Source of the DNA: a virus
Virus record (IMG/VR): IMGVR_UViG_3300025141_008753
Location: 3,677-67,676 of that record
Reading direction: 5' to 3' (one strand)
Length of the DNA: 64,000 nt
In this document: piece after piece, positions 31,879 to 41,678 of the stretch
Numbering within the stretch: the stretch's first letter is position 1
Layout of the letters: every line of letters starts with the position of its first letter
Position numbers and translations under genes: made by a program
The notes under the pieces: model-generated
What the model saw: only the letters and a program-made list of their open reading frames with translations
The model's database searches: none
Told to the model about the DNA's origin: nothing

Positions 31879-32065
31879 TCAGTGTAAAGCTGGCTACAAT
31901 GTAGTCCGTAGGTATCAGAGAGCAGATGAGCCTTGTGATAAGACGGATGTGTTTGAGTGGCTAGGAGCGTTTAAAACCGAGGCTGCTGCTAATAAGTACA
32001 TTAAAGCAAATAATTTAAAAGATACTACTGAAATAATTGAGTACAAGAAACCGAAAACCCCCTAG
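31835..32065 (+). CDS. Hypothetical protein
   Basis: 76-aa ORF in the operon. Confidence 0.6.
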   Translation: MSTVAVKGKGYFTGSQCKAGYNVVRRYQRADEPCDKTDVFEWLGAFKTEAAANKYIKANNLKDTTEIIEYKKPKTP

Positions 32066-32082
32066 ATAAGGTGGAGTTTATT

Positions 32083-32481
32083 ATGAAATATCTCGGAGAA
32101 GTAAAGAAAAAATCTGGAAATAAGGAGATTAGCGCCGACAAAATGGGTCATTTAGACAGTTCAAAGAAGTCTAGAGTTCCTGTCGTGGGGTCTATCTCGC
32201 AAGCCATGTCTAAGCATGAGTACGGTTTTATTTTTACAACTCCTAAGTCTGACAGGATTTATGTCATTACGCAAGGTACCTGGGGCGAAAAATCTGACAA
32301 CAAAGTTGTTAAAGGATTTCCCGGAACAACCGCTATTGAGAAAATCAAAGGTTACGGCAAAAGGACTAAAGTTAAACACGGTCCTGCGAAAGCCCCTACT
32401 TCCACCGAAGACGCTGGAAAGAAGGGCTACGCCACCCGTAAAATGAAGGACGGAAAGAAACGACGAAAAGACCTAGACTAA
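32083..32481 (+). CDS. Basic hypothetical protein
   Basis: GGAG SD before ATG 32083. Confidence 0.65.
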   Translation: MKYLGEVKKKSGNKEISADKMGHLDSSKKSRVPVVGSISQAMSKHEYGFIFTTPKSDRIYVITQGTWGEKSDNKVVKGFPGTTAIEKIKGYGKRTKVKHGPAKAPTSTEDAGKKGYATRKMKDGKKRRKDLD

Positions 32482-32792
32482 TGGCAAGAAATTATATCCC
32501 TAAGCGCTCATATTTTTCTGAAACGCGTGTTCAGAAGATAGCGAAGGAGGTTATGAAAGATTGCCAGCAGGACAGGCAAAAAGCGTTAGAGATGTTTCAG
32601 TATTTCTTGAAAATGGTCGAAAATAATCCAGAGGATGACAAGGCGAAAGCTGAAATGTCTAAAGCCTTGGATTTAGCTCAAAGCTCAAATGATAAGGTAG
32701 TTAAAGTACTGGACATGATGCTGAAGATGACCCAACATGAAATGAAAGATAAAAAACCAGACGAATTCTCGTTTGAACAACTCCAAAAATGA
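32481..32792 (+). CDS. Helical hypothetical protein
   Basis: 103 aa, translationally coupled on both sides. Confidence 0.7.
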   Translation: MARNYIPKRSYFSETRVQKIAKEVMKDCQQDRQKALEMFQYFLKMVENNPEDDKAKAEMSKALDLAQSSNDKVVKVLDMMLKMTQHEMKDKKPDEFSFEQLQK

Positions 32793-34006
32793 ACGACCCA
32801 TACATACTTTATAGCCCCGTTATCGACAACTTCATTAAGATTAAAAAGTTGTCTGAAAAGGAATGCCTAGTTATTGTAGAGGAGCTTAGAGGAAAAGTTA
32901 AAAGCCCTAAGTTCAAAATAACTAATTACGTTAACTACATGATTAGTTTGCTGGTTGATAAGCATGAGACTTTAATTAAGGGAAACGGGGAAGGAACTCA
33001 CGAAGCATTGTTTGAATGTGTATGTGAAGTTTATCCTGGATTTTCTATAGAGCTTTTAAACAAAACTCTTAATGATGGATTTGAGGACGAATCTGAGGTT
33101 GGCGTATCCGTTTCAGGTCTAACTCTTCCGCAGGTGGAGAAGATTGAAAGGAAAATTAAAAGTTTTTTAGTCGGTCAGGATTCTGCGGTATCAGAGGTTG
33201 TGAAGTGCATTAAATTAATGTCCTCAGGATTGGAAGGCTCCACTTCAATGTTTTTCATCGGACCTACAGGAGTAGGAAAGACGGAATTAGGCAAGTTACT
33301 AGCCAAGTGTTACTTAGGCACGGATAAGAGGTTACTGAAGGTAAACTGTGCCGAGTACTCAGGCTCACACGAGTACGCTAAGCTCATCGGAAGCCCTCCA
33401 GGGTATATCGGTCATAATGAAAAGGGAATCCTTACTGAGTGCGCTAAGAAGTCGTCTCAATGGATTCTACTGTTTGATGAGATAGAGAAGGCATCTGACA
33501 AATTACATAATCTCTTACTAGGCTTATTAGACGAGGGCAAAATTACCGATTCACATGGCACGGTTCTGGATTTCACCAATACTATTATCTTATTCACCAG
33601 TAACGTAGGTGTTAAAGATGTCGTAAATAGAAAACAAATGGGATTTGGCGCTGAGAAGATGTCATATGCAGATTCCCGGGCTGAGGTGGAAGAAGCGTTC
33701 AAGGATACATTTTCTCCGGAATTTATTAATAGACTAGACTCTATTGTGTACTTCAACACCCTAAATAAAGATGACGCTAAGCATATTGCTCGTCTTAATC
33801 TGAAACATCTCCCTATACGAGTTACGAAGAAGCTCGTGGATTGGGTTGTCGAAGAATCCTTTTCGGAGGACTTTGGGGCGAGGAACATCAAGCGTTTTAT
33901 TAAAAATAATATAACCTTACAGGTAGCTGATAAGATACTAGAGGGCAATGCAAACACAGTATTTTCTCCGGTATTTTCTAAAAATAAATTTCAAGGATTA
34001 AAATGA
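32789..34006 (+). CDS. ClpA/ClpB-like AAA+ ATPase (second ATPase domain only)
   Basis: VGQD, GPTGVGKTELGK, LIGSPPGYIGH, FDEIEKA, FSPEFINRLD, FGARNI. Confidence 0.9.
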   Translation: MNDPYILYSPVIDNFIKIKKLSEKECLVIVEELRGKVKSPKFKITNYVNYMISLLVDKHETLIKGNGEGTHEALFECVCEVYPGFSIELLNKTLNDGFEDESEVGVSVSGLTLPQVEKIERKIKSFLVGQDSAVSEVVKCIKLMSSGLEGSTSMFFIGPTGVGKTELGKLLAKCYLGTDKRLLKVNCAEYSGSHEYAKLIGSPPGYIGHNEKGILTECAKKSSQWILLFDEIEKASDKLHNLLLGLLDEGKITDSHGTVLDFTNTIILFTSNVGVKDVVNRKQMGFGAEKMSYADSRAEVEEAFKDTFSPEFINRLDSIVYFNTLNKDDAKHIARLNLKHLPIRVTKKLVDWVVEESFSEDFGARNIKRFIKNNITLQVADKILEGNANTVFSPVFSKNKFQGLK

Positions 34007-34266
34007 CATCTAAAACAAACGCCCCCCTTCGCTTTTCTATAGCGAACATTATAACTTTATCGTTATCTTTGATTTCGGTGGGAGTTACGTTTGGCATCAC
34101 TGCACAGAGGCTGGCGGAGATTGAGAACCGGGTTGCTGTATTAGAGGATGGTACATCCAAATCTTTGAATGAAATTAGAGAACAATTAATTCAGCTCAGA
34201 GTGGACACCGGGAAGATGGCTAAAGACGTAGAATGGCTCCGGTCGACCGCAAAGTCTGATGAGTAA
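34003..34266 (+). CDS. Small TM plus coiled-coil protein (possibly lysis-related)
   Basis: One N-terminal TM segment followed by a heptad-rich tail. Confidence 0.55.
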   Translation: MTSKTNAPLRFSIANIITLSLSLISVGVTFGITAQRLAEIENRVAVLEDGTSKSLNEIREQLIQLRVDTGKMAKDVEWLRSTAKSDE

Positions 34267-34363
34267 AGGACTTAAGTTTTACCAAATTTAGGGTCAAAAC
34301 TGCCCCCAAAGTGCTATAATAATATGTAACGAGGTAAAACAACCCTCCGAACAAAGGTAAAAC

Positions 34364-34642
34364 ATGAAAGATAAAAAATTTAACTACAAAACCGCGTCTA
34401 GCGATAAGTCCCCACGTGTGTTGATTACTACTGAGAATCAGCACGTTCTTCGTGGGTTTAACATTCATTATATGACACCCAAACAAATTGGGCAGATTCG
34501 TAAAGAGTGGAATATGGTTCGTAACCAGCCTTGGACCAACGCAACTAAAGAGCGTGTAACTATCCGCCGTGCGGGTAAGTTCGCGAAAAACTGTTTCCGT
34601 TCATACAAGAAGCCTAATATTACCAAGTGGTATAACAGCTAG
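34364..34642 (+). CDS. Basic protein, weakly T4 gp2 (DNA end protector)-like
   Basis: GFNIHYMTP and CFRSY resemble the gp2 GLNLHY..P pattern; own TGcTATAAT promoter (~34312) and terminator. Confidence 0.45.
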   Translation: MKDKKFNYKTASSDKSPRVLITTENQHVLRGFNIHYMTPKQIGQIRKEWNMVRNQPWTNATKERVTIRRAGKFAKNCFRSYKKPNITKWYNS

Positions 34643-34661
34643 TAAGTACTGGAATTATATT

Positions 34662-34693
34662 AAAGGACACAAGTAAAACTTGTGTCCTTTTTT
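34662..34693 (+). terminator. Intrinsic terminator
   Basis: AAAGGACACAAG-TAAAA-CTTGTGTCCTTT followed by a T-run. Confidence 0.85.
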
Positions 34694-34716
34694 AATTGTT
34701 TTTGCTATAACATGTT

Positions 34717-35442
34717 ATGAAAGGAATCGTACTAGCAGGGGGACTCGGAACTCGGTTGCGCCCTCTTACATACGCTACTAACAAACACCTGCTCCCAGTG
34801 TTTGACAAGCCTATGGTTTACTACCCTATCCAATCTTTGGCACAGGCAGGTATCACAGATATTATGGTAGTAACAGGCGGACAACACGCGGGAGATTTTA
34901 TTAAAGTATTAAAAAACGGAGAAGATTTTGGACTGGAGAGACTCAGCTACGCTTATCAGGAAGGCGAGGGAGGCATCGCGGATGCGCTCGCTATGGCAGA
35001 AACATTTGTTGGGGGTGACAGTTGTGCTGTCGTTCTTGGTGATAATATCATTGCTGATGATATCACTACTGCTGTTTCCCATTACAATGATTTGGACGGG
35101 GCTGTTATCTTTACTAAAGAAGTTGACGACCCGGAAAGGTTCGGCGTGATTAAGTTTGATGATACAGGAACCATTATAGAAGATATTATTGAGAAGCCTA
35201 CTAACCCCCCTTCTAATGAAGCTGTTATAGGGCTGTATATGTACGATAATACAGTGTTCGATAAGATTCGTTCATTGGCACCGTCACAGCGCGGCGAATT
35301 AGAGGTTACGGACCTAAACAAAATGTACTTAGGAGATGGCAAGCTAGATTCCTGTAAGATTAGAGGTACATGGATTGATTGTGGTACGCCAGAATCTCTG
35401 GCAAGAGCAACATTTAAATTTTACGAAGATGCAAAAGAATAA
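34717..35442 (+). CDS. rmlA: Glucose-1-phosphate thymidylyltransferase
   Basis: LAGGLGTRLRP, KHLLPVFDKPMVYY, LGDN, EKP, RGELEVTD, WIDCGT. Confidence 0.93.
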   Translation: MKGIVLAGGLGTRLRPLTYATNKHLLPVFDKPMVYYPIQSLAQAGITDIMVVTGGQHAGDFIKVLKNGEDFGLERLSYAYQEGEGGIADALAMAETFVGGDSCAVVLGDNIIADDITTAVSHYNDLDGAVIFTKEVDDPERFGVIKFDDTGTIIEDIIEKPTNPPSNEAVIGLYMYDNTVFDKIRSLAPSQRGELEVTDLNKMYLGDGKLDSCKIRGTWIDCGTPESLARATFKFYEDAKE

Positions 35443-36388
35443 AAAAATAATTATCACGGGGGGCTATGGATTCATCGGCTCTCGCTTTGTTAAGGCAGTA
35501 TATGATAAGACTAACTATGAAATACTGGTTATCGATAGTATAACTTATGCCGCTGATTTCAATAGAATCCCGGACAGGATTAAGGAGGATATCGACAGAT
35601 TTAGGTTCTTGTCTAAAGATATCTGTGACGTTACTTGCGAAGACTTAAAAGGTGCTACTTATTTGGTTAACTTTGCGGCAGAGTCCCATGTTGATAACTC
35701 CATCACCGACGGCAAACCTTTTATTAGAAGTAATATTGAGGGAGTGTTTAATTTGTTGCAGTGTGGAGGAGGTACTGTTAAGAAGTTTATTCAAATATCA
35801 ACGGATGAAGTTTATGGGGACATGTACGACCTAAGAGGAAGACAGTATGCGGATGAGTCTTTTAGACTTCGCCCTAGTTCATACTACTCAGCCTCGAAAG
35901 CGTCGGCTGACCTGTTAGTACAGGCGGCTGCTCGTACCTTTGGAACCCCTTACATTATTACGAGAAGCTGCAACAACTTTGGACCAGGACAGCATAAAGA
36001 AAAATTCCTCCCAACAATCTTTGATTCCATAGCAAACGATAAGGACGTTCCGGTATATGGGGATGGTCTTCAGTCGCGTGAGTGGATTCATGTAGATGAT
36101 AATGTAGAAATCATTTTAGAGCTAGTATTATCCAATGTTAAGGACGAGATTTATAACATTGGTTCCGGGTACCATTACAAGAATATTGAGCTCGTGAACT
36201 ATATTGGTGAGTGTTTAGGCACTAAAGTTAAACGTGTTCCCGTGGAAGATAGACTTGGTCACGATAAAGTTTATAGGCTTAATTGTAAAAAGGTAGAAGG
36301 GTTTCTAGGAGAAAGAGTATATCAATGTTTGGAGGGATACTTAAAAGATGAAGCTAAAGGGCTGCAGGGTACTTCTAACAGGAGCTAA
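35429..36388 (+). CDS. rmlB: dTDP-glucose 4,6-dehydratase
   Basis: TGGYGFIG, AAESHVDNS, STDEVYG, YSASKA, REWIHV, DRLGHD. Confidence 0.93.
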   Translation: MQKNKKIIITGGYGFIGSRFVKAVYDKTNYEILVIDSITYAADFNRIPDRIKEDIDRFRFLSKDICDVTCEDLKGATYLVNFAAESHVDNSITDGKPFIRSNIEGVFNLLQCGGGTVKKFIQISTDEVYGDMYDLRGRQYADESFRLRPSSYYSASKASADLLVQAAARTFGTPYIITRSCNNFGPGQHKEKFLPTIFDSIANDKDVPVYGDGLQSREWIHVDDNVEIILELVLSNVKDEIYNIGSGYHYKNIELVNYIGECLGTKVKRVPVEDRLGHDKVYRLNCKKVEGFLGERVYQCLEGYLKDEAKGLQGTSNRS

Positions 36389-37034
36389 TGGAAGGCTAGG
36401 ACAAGAACTTATACCTTTATTAGAGGCTGAAGGAGCGGATTTATCCACTCCTTCTTCTTCTGTCTGGGATATCACGAAAAAGTCTTATCCGCAGTATTTA
36501 AGTACTTGGAGCCCTGAGCTAGTTATTCATTGCGCCGCTTACACGGACGTGACGGGAGCGGAGAGGGAAAGAGGGGACGTTGTCGACACTAACATTGTAG
36601 GTACCCTCAACGTAGCACAGCTTTCTCGCATGCACCAAGCTAAACTTGTGTACATTTCTAGCGATTACGCGGCGGTACAGCCTATGGGAATGTATGCTTT
36701 TACTAAATTAGCAGGAGAGAGTTTTGCTAGACCTAATGATATGGTAATCCGTACGTCATTTAAATCTCGTGGAACTTGGGGGAAAAATGCACTAACAAAG
36801 GTGTTTCACCCCGTATTTACTAACGCTGATTGGGTAGATATAATAGCGGGTAAGATTCTAAAAGCAATAAAACTTGATTTGACGGGTATAGTTAATATCG
36901 GAACCAAGAAGAAGACTTTAAAGACTCTTGCTCAACAGGAATATCCGTATGTGGACATAATTCCTGTCCGGGAAGCAGATGCTCTAGTAGGATATAAGTA
37001 TCCTAGGGATTGCTCGATGGATTTAACTATATAA
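36348..37034 (+). CDS. rmlD: dTDP-4-dehydrorhamnose reductase (short form)
   Basis: TGANGRLG, HCAAYTDV, ISSDY, YAFTKLAGE. Confidence 0.85.
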   Translation: MKLKGCRVLLTGANGRLGQELIPLLEAEGADLSTPSSSVWDITKKSYPQYLSTWSPELVIHCAAYTDVTGAERERGDVVDTNIVGTLNVAQLSRMHQAKLVYISSDYAAVQPMGMYAFTKLAGESFARPNDMVIRTSFKSRGTWGKNALTKVFHPVFTNADWVDIIAGKILKAIKLDLTGIVNIGTKKKTLKTLAQQEYPYVDIIPVREADALVGYKYPRDCSMDLTI

Positions 37035-37038
37035 TATT

Positions 37039-37437
37039 ATGGCAAACGATACTACACCAGCACTCGGAGGAGGTTATGGATTTACTCTTAAGGATTCTAA
37101 TCAGAACGTCCGAAATTACGGCAGTCTCAGCACAACCTCCGTTGAGATAACAGGAACCAGTGATTACGGTCTTCTACCGGCAGTCGCTGGTCGAACCTAT
37201 TACATTTGGGGAATGAACCTAACAACGGATAATTCCTCAGCATTTGGGGGTTTCTTGGAGGATTCTGATGGAACTGAGCTGATGGCGGGGGTATGCAACC
37301 TACAAGGACCGTTCTTCCTGAATCTTGAAATCCCTATAAAAATTACAACTGGAAAAGGATTACAGTTTGATAGCTTGGCTGGGTCGTCGGGCAAGGAGTG
37401 TTGGGCTCTATTATTTTACACTCAGAGGGATGACTAA
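37039..37437 (+). CDS. Small beta-rich putative virion protein (paralog family)
   Basis: PAVAGRTYYIWG...GPFFLNLEIPIK shared with the ORFs at 37437 and 42083. Confidence 0.6.
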   Translation: MANDTTPALGGGYGFTLKDSNQNVRNYGSLSTTSVEITGTSDYGLLPAVAGRTYYIWGMNLTTDNSSAFGGFLEDSDGTELMAGVCNLQGPFFLNLEIPIKITTGKGLQFDSLAGSSGKECWALLFYTQRDD

Positions 37438-37853
37438 TGGTTAACGATACAGTAAATTGGGGAAATGATATGGGAGTTTTTTCGGGAACTCCTTTAAATG
37501 CATACGAAACGGGTCATTGTCTGACTATGTGTTCTGCTTTGAAGAATGGTATCACTACCTCAGAAACCCATCCTGTTATAGCGGCTCCCACTAACGGAAG
37601 AACGATATTTTTGTGGGGGTGGGCTGCCGCCACCGCTGGAAATAGCAACTCTCAGTCTTTAGTTGCCGGTTTGCAAAATACAGGAGAATCCGTGAATAAG
37701 ATAAGGGTGCAGTCTTCCTTAGCAGGACCTCAATTCGTCAGATTAGCTGTCCCGGTAGAATTCCCGGACGGGGTAACATTAGACACAATTAAAACGGCAA
37801 CGCTCGGCGTCGGCGGTAATAATTACCTCACACTGATATACACATTATCTTAA
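37437..37853 (+). CDS. Small beta-rich putative virion protein (paralog family)
   Basis: IAAPTNGRTIFLWG...GPQFVRLAVPVE. Confidence 0.6.
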   Translation: MVNDTVNWGNDMGVFSGTPLNAYETGHCLTMCSALKNGITTSETHPVIAAPTNGRTIFLWGWAAATAGNSNSQSLVAGLQNTGESVNKIRVQSSLAGPQFVRLAVPVEFPDGVTLDTIKTATLGVGGNNYLTLIYTLS

Positions 37854-37856
37854 CCT

Positions 37857-40800
37857 ATGGCTCCAGGCAGCAACGACTCGATTGATGTATCATCGGTAAT
37901 CGACCCAGATAAGGTTGGAGGAACACCAGTTGATACAGTCAGACCGGGGGATGGAACGGACCATCGCCAGATTATTGTATTGGGTGACCCCCATACCATT
38001 GGTGGAGTTGCTGGTGTCGTAGATGGTCAATTAGTTGTATCCGCTGGACCCACTTCCTCGATGACCGTGGCTGGGGCTACTGCGAATGTCCCTGTTGTTA
38101 GAGCTTTAACAGACGCCGTTCTGAGTGTTGATAACATTGAATTTGGGGATGTCGATATAGGCGGCACGGTTCATACGTCCTCTATCGGAGGCAAAACAGT
38201 ATCTGCTTTAGTTACATCCGGTGTCACTGACCTCCTTCATATGACAAAGTTAGATAGTATTGAAGGTAAATTGGATACTATAGACGGTGTTTTAGATAAC
38301 ATTAAAACTGGAACTGATTATTTAGATGAAATTAAAACTGGAACTGATTATTTAGATGACATAGATGCGGACACTAATGCTATTAAAGTAGGGGTCGGGC
38401 TTGTCGAAGGCACTTTGGATGACCATCTAGAAGAAGGATTCAACAACGTATCGGGTGGTTTATATCACACTTCCGCAGGTCTGTTTAATGTTTCATCTAC
38501 TATTAAAGGGCACATTGGGACTTGGTTGGACAACGTGCGGGTTAACCATACCGAGACTCCCGCCGTATCCGCCATGCGTGTCGCTTTACCTGTCGTAGCC
38601 GGTAAGTCTGGTGGAGCAACGAACCATCCAACAAATTTCTCTAGACTAGACACTTCTGGTCTCTCCTCTATTAATGGTAGCGGGCTTATGACTCACGCTA
38701 TTATGGTTGGGGATAGGTGGCAACCGATGAGGCAGACAGCTACTGGGCGAATTGGTGTTGAGGCGCGTATTGTATATCCGGACGCCCTAACCCAATGGAT
38801 TAATTATGGCGACCCTGGCTACAGTGAAACTGAAGATGTTAGCGCTTTGCGTACCTTGATGTATGTTAGCGCCCAAGGTGAGGAGGCTTTTGTCCTGGCA
38901 GGAGACCCTGAGTTCAGTGCGTTATATGTTAGCAGTTACGGTCATACTAATATAGTAAGCGCTTTAGACCACATTAATTCTACAAACTCATCCGGTTTTA
39001 TATGGAATGGTTCTAGTTTAGACCACATTAATTCTACAAACTCATCTGGTCTCATATGGAACGGCTCTAGTTTAGACCACATTAATTCTACAAATTCATC
39101 TGGTTTTATATGGAATGGTTCTAGTTTAGACCATATTAATTCTACAAACTCATCTGGTTTTATATGGAATGGTTCTAGTTTAGACCACATTAATTCTACA
39201 AATTCATCCGGTTTAGGAGACATAATTACTGTAAACTCTTCTGGTTTAGGAGACCTCATTACTGTAAACTCTTCTGGTTTAGGAGACATAATTACTGTAA
39301 ACTCTTCTGGTCTGGGGGATTTAATTACTGTAAACTCTTCTGGTTTAGGAGACATAATTACTGTAAACTCTTCTGGTCTGGGGGATTTAATGACGCAATT
39401 ACGAGAAAAGTGTCTACCTGTAAAACAAACATTCTGTCATGAAAATTGGACCTTCTCCAGCGATATACAAGCTCTCTCAGGGAATGGGTGCTTAGATGCA
39501 TCTTCTTGTAACCCATGGATGGGTTTCTGGTTTGATACTATCCACGCACCAACCGTAAGGAACGCTAGCTGTACCCCCGAGGTCATATCTGATGTAGGTA
39601 ATGATAAGGGAGACGATGGCGACACAGGTCTAACAATTCGAGGTAGCGACGGCGGCGGCAATGGTGGAGGCATAGGTCCCCCGCCCGGGGGAGAAATGGA
39701 TGAAGGGAAGCTCGGCTCGTTGCGGGGGGACCAAAATAACCCTGACTGGGGAGAAAACGCGACCGACAGAGGTCCGGGTTATGACTTAAACAAAGCGTCC
39801 TCGACCACTCGTGGCGGGTCCGAGTACAAGCTAGAGTGGCACGGCGGAGCTACGAGCGGCACTGTTCACGACATACCTCCTGATGAGTGGTATTGTCAGC
39901 ACGCTGTTAAGATTGGGGAGGATGCCGAAGGAACTGAACTAGCTTTTAATCATAACCTAATGCCTATTGTAGCGCCTAGGAAGGCTGGCGGAGTTTGGGT
40001 TGCGGGCAAGGAAGCGATATCTAAAACCGCTTTTGTCAGGTTAGACAGACCGCACAGCGTTAACCCTCCATTAGGATGGATTCCTAATGGGTGTAAGCAC
40101 TTTACTGATGCCGGGGGACAGATTGATAATTCATTCTCCGGCACGGTACGTATGACCAACAACCCGTTTGACATTAGACCTTCAGAGAATACGGGCTTCG
40201 GGTGGTCCTGGTACGACGCAATAGCATTACCTAAGACTGTCTCTGCCACGTCTCCTAGCGCAAACGTATCCCCATCAGGAGAGGATTGGGACTGGGCTGG
40301 TGCTTCAGCAACCGCAGGCGGGACGAACTTCCTCCACCAGACCTATGGACATTGGGAGGTTAATGCAACTCCCGCTACCCCTGTTGCACAAAGCCCTTAC
40401 ATCAAAGCGAAAACTTCAAATATCAACTACAAATGTTTTCTTGTTTCTGGTGGTTATGGAATGTTTGAAACTAGCAGTTGCGCCACCGTACCCGAGCATT
40501 TTGCGTATATAAAAGACTTTAGCTCTTGCTGGGCTGTTCTTAGCTCTAATATAAACGTTCACCACGAAACCGTTACATTGCCGCATGGCACGGTGGTGGA
40601 AACACCAGCCTTAGAACCCAACACCGAGTACTTGATAACCGCAGAGGTTTCTTGCGTTAATGCAGGGTCTACGTATCGAGGTCACGATTATTCTGGAGCG
40701 TTATTTGTGTGGGGAGGAACTTGTTGGGAATCTTCTGCTCAATGTTATCCAACCGTGAACTCCGGCTTTGGCACGGGAGGTGGGGTGATGGCGCCAGATG

Positions 40801-41675
40801 AACACAAAGTCCATGACCTTCAGAAGTTCCACTCCCTACAGAGTCCGTATGTTTTAGCAAAGGCGAGACATATAAACGGCGACCAAGACGCTAGAACTAA
40901 TTGGGGTGACCAAGCCACATGGCAGGACTTAGGAGTTGTATCTTCCACGTTTAAGACGGATGCGTCATCTACTAACCTTGTATTGGGTTGGGCAGGGCTA
41001 AGGGACATTAGCCAAGGTTACGCAAACAATCACACAGACGTTTGGTGTATCCGTAATATATCTCTTTATAAGAAGTATTACAATACGTGTAAACGTGTAG
41101 TATTACATGGAATTACTATGGACTCAGCCGGAGACACCTCCCTGAAAGAGGATGCGTGGAATATCAAACCTGGGAAACCTAAAGGTACAATGACAGTTTA
41201 CGACGGAAAGTACCCCACGAACCATGGATTTGACCCGCATTGGGCTGGCTGGGCGGGGATTGCGTTTAGTGCTAATCCCTCAGGTCCCCCAGCTAGCGCT
41301 CTGCAATCGTATGGAGCGTTAAACAACACTCAACATGAATCAAACGTACACGCTGAATACAGACACCACGGGGATGCAATGGGTATGACTAGACAAACCA
41401 CTTTTGACCCTCCTGTACCTTGTCACCCAGGTTACCCGGTGAGAGTAATGTGCACGGAAGAGTGGAATCCCGACTTTACACCTTTCATAGACAAAAAGAA
41501 CCAGGGAAGCGACCTCACTATATTAAACCACGGGGTGCGACCTAGTGATGTATACTGGAATGGTACTATTACCTACTCCATAGAAACTATGAAGGACGCA
41601 GTGGCGCCCGTAATGACGACTGATACACGTAATCCTAATCAATTAGAAACACCTAACACGGACAAGTGTACATAA
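37857..41675 (+). CDS. Large fibre/spike-like virion protein with a repeat stalk
   Basis: 1272 aa; coiled-coil-like LDxI repeats, 18- and 11-aa tandem repeats, beta-rich C-terminal part. Confidence 0.7.
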   Translation: MAPGSNDSIDVSSVIDPDKVGGTPVDTVRPGDGTDHRQIIVLGDPHTIGGVAGVVDGQLVVSAGPTSSMTVAGATANVPVVRALTDAVLSVDNIEFGDVDIGGTVHTSSIGGKTVSALVTSGVTDLLHMTKLDSIEGKLDTIDGVLDNIKTGTDYLDEIKTGTDYLDDIDADTNAIKVGVGLVEGTLDDHLEEGFNNVSGGLYHTSAGLFNVSSTIKGHIGTWLDNVRVNHTETPAVSAMRVALPVVAGKSGGATNHPTNFSRLDTSGLSSINGSGLMTHAIMVGDRWQPMRQTATGRIGVEARIVYPDALTQWINYGDPGYSETEDVSALRTLMYVSAQGEEAFVLAGDPEFSALYVSSYGHTNIVSALDHINSTNSSGFIWNGSSLDHINSTNSSGLIWNGSSLDHINSTNSSGFIWNGSSLDHINSTNSSGFIWNGSSLDHINSTNSSGLGDIITVNSSGLGDLITVNSSGLGDIITVNSSGLGDLITVNSSGLGDIITVNSSGLGDLMTQLREKCLPVKQTFCHENWTFSSDIQALSGNGCLDASSCNPWMGFWFDTIHAPTVRNASCTPEVISDVGNDKGDDGDTGLTIRGSDGGGNGGGIGPPPGGEMDEGKLGSLRGDQNNPDWGENATDRGPGYDLNKASSTTRGGSEYKLEWHGGATSGTVHDIPPDEWYCQHAVKIGEDAEGTELAFNHNLMPIVAPRKAGGVWVAGKEAISKTAFVRLDRPHSVNPPLGWIPNGCKHFTDAGGQIDNSFSGTVRMTNNPFDIRPSENTGFGWSWYDAIALPKTVSATSPSANVSPSGEDWDWAGASATAGGTNFLHQTYGHWEVNATPATPVAQSPYIKAKTSNINYKCFLVSGGYGMFETSSCATVPEHFAYIKDFSSCWAVLSSNINVHHETVTLPHGTVVETPALEPNTEYLITAEVSCVNAGSTYRGHDYSGALFVWGGTCWESSAQCYPTVNSGFGTGGGVMAPDEHKVHDLQKFHSLQSPYVLAKARHINGDQDARTNWGDQATWQDLGVVSSTFKTDASSTNLVLGWAGLRDISQGYANNHTDVWCIRNISLYKKYYNTCKRVVLHGITMDSAGDTSLKEDAWNIKPGKPKGTMTVYDGKYPTNHGFDPHWAGWAGIAFSANPSGPPASALQSYGALNNTQHESNVHAEYRHHGDAMGMTRQTTFDPPVPCHPGYPVRVMCTEEWNPDFTPFIDKKNQGSDLTILNHGVRPSDVYWNGTITYSIETMKDAVAPVMTTDTRNPNQLETPNTDKCT
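38964..39389 (+). repeat. Coding tandem repeats: 54 bp x4, then 33 bp x6
   Basis: LDHINSTNSSG(F/L)IWNGSS x4, LDHINSTNSSG, then LGD(I/L)ITVNSSG x5. Confidence 0.95.
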
Positions 41676-41678
41676 GAT

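Noticed and set aside
38942-39355. Antisense repeat ORF, and the many other antisense/nested ORFs in the track
   Set aside because: Shadow frames of well-supported genes on the opposite strand
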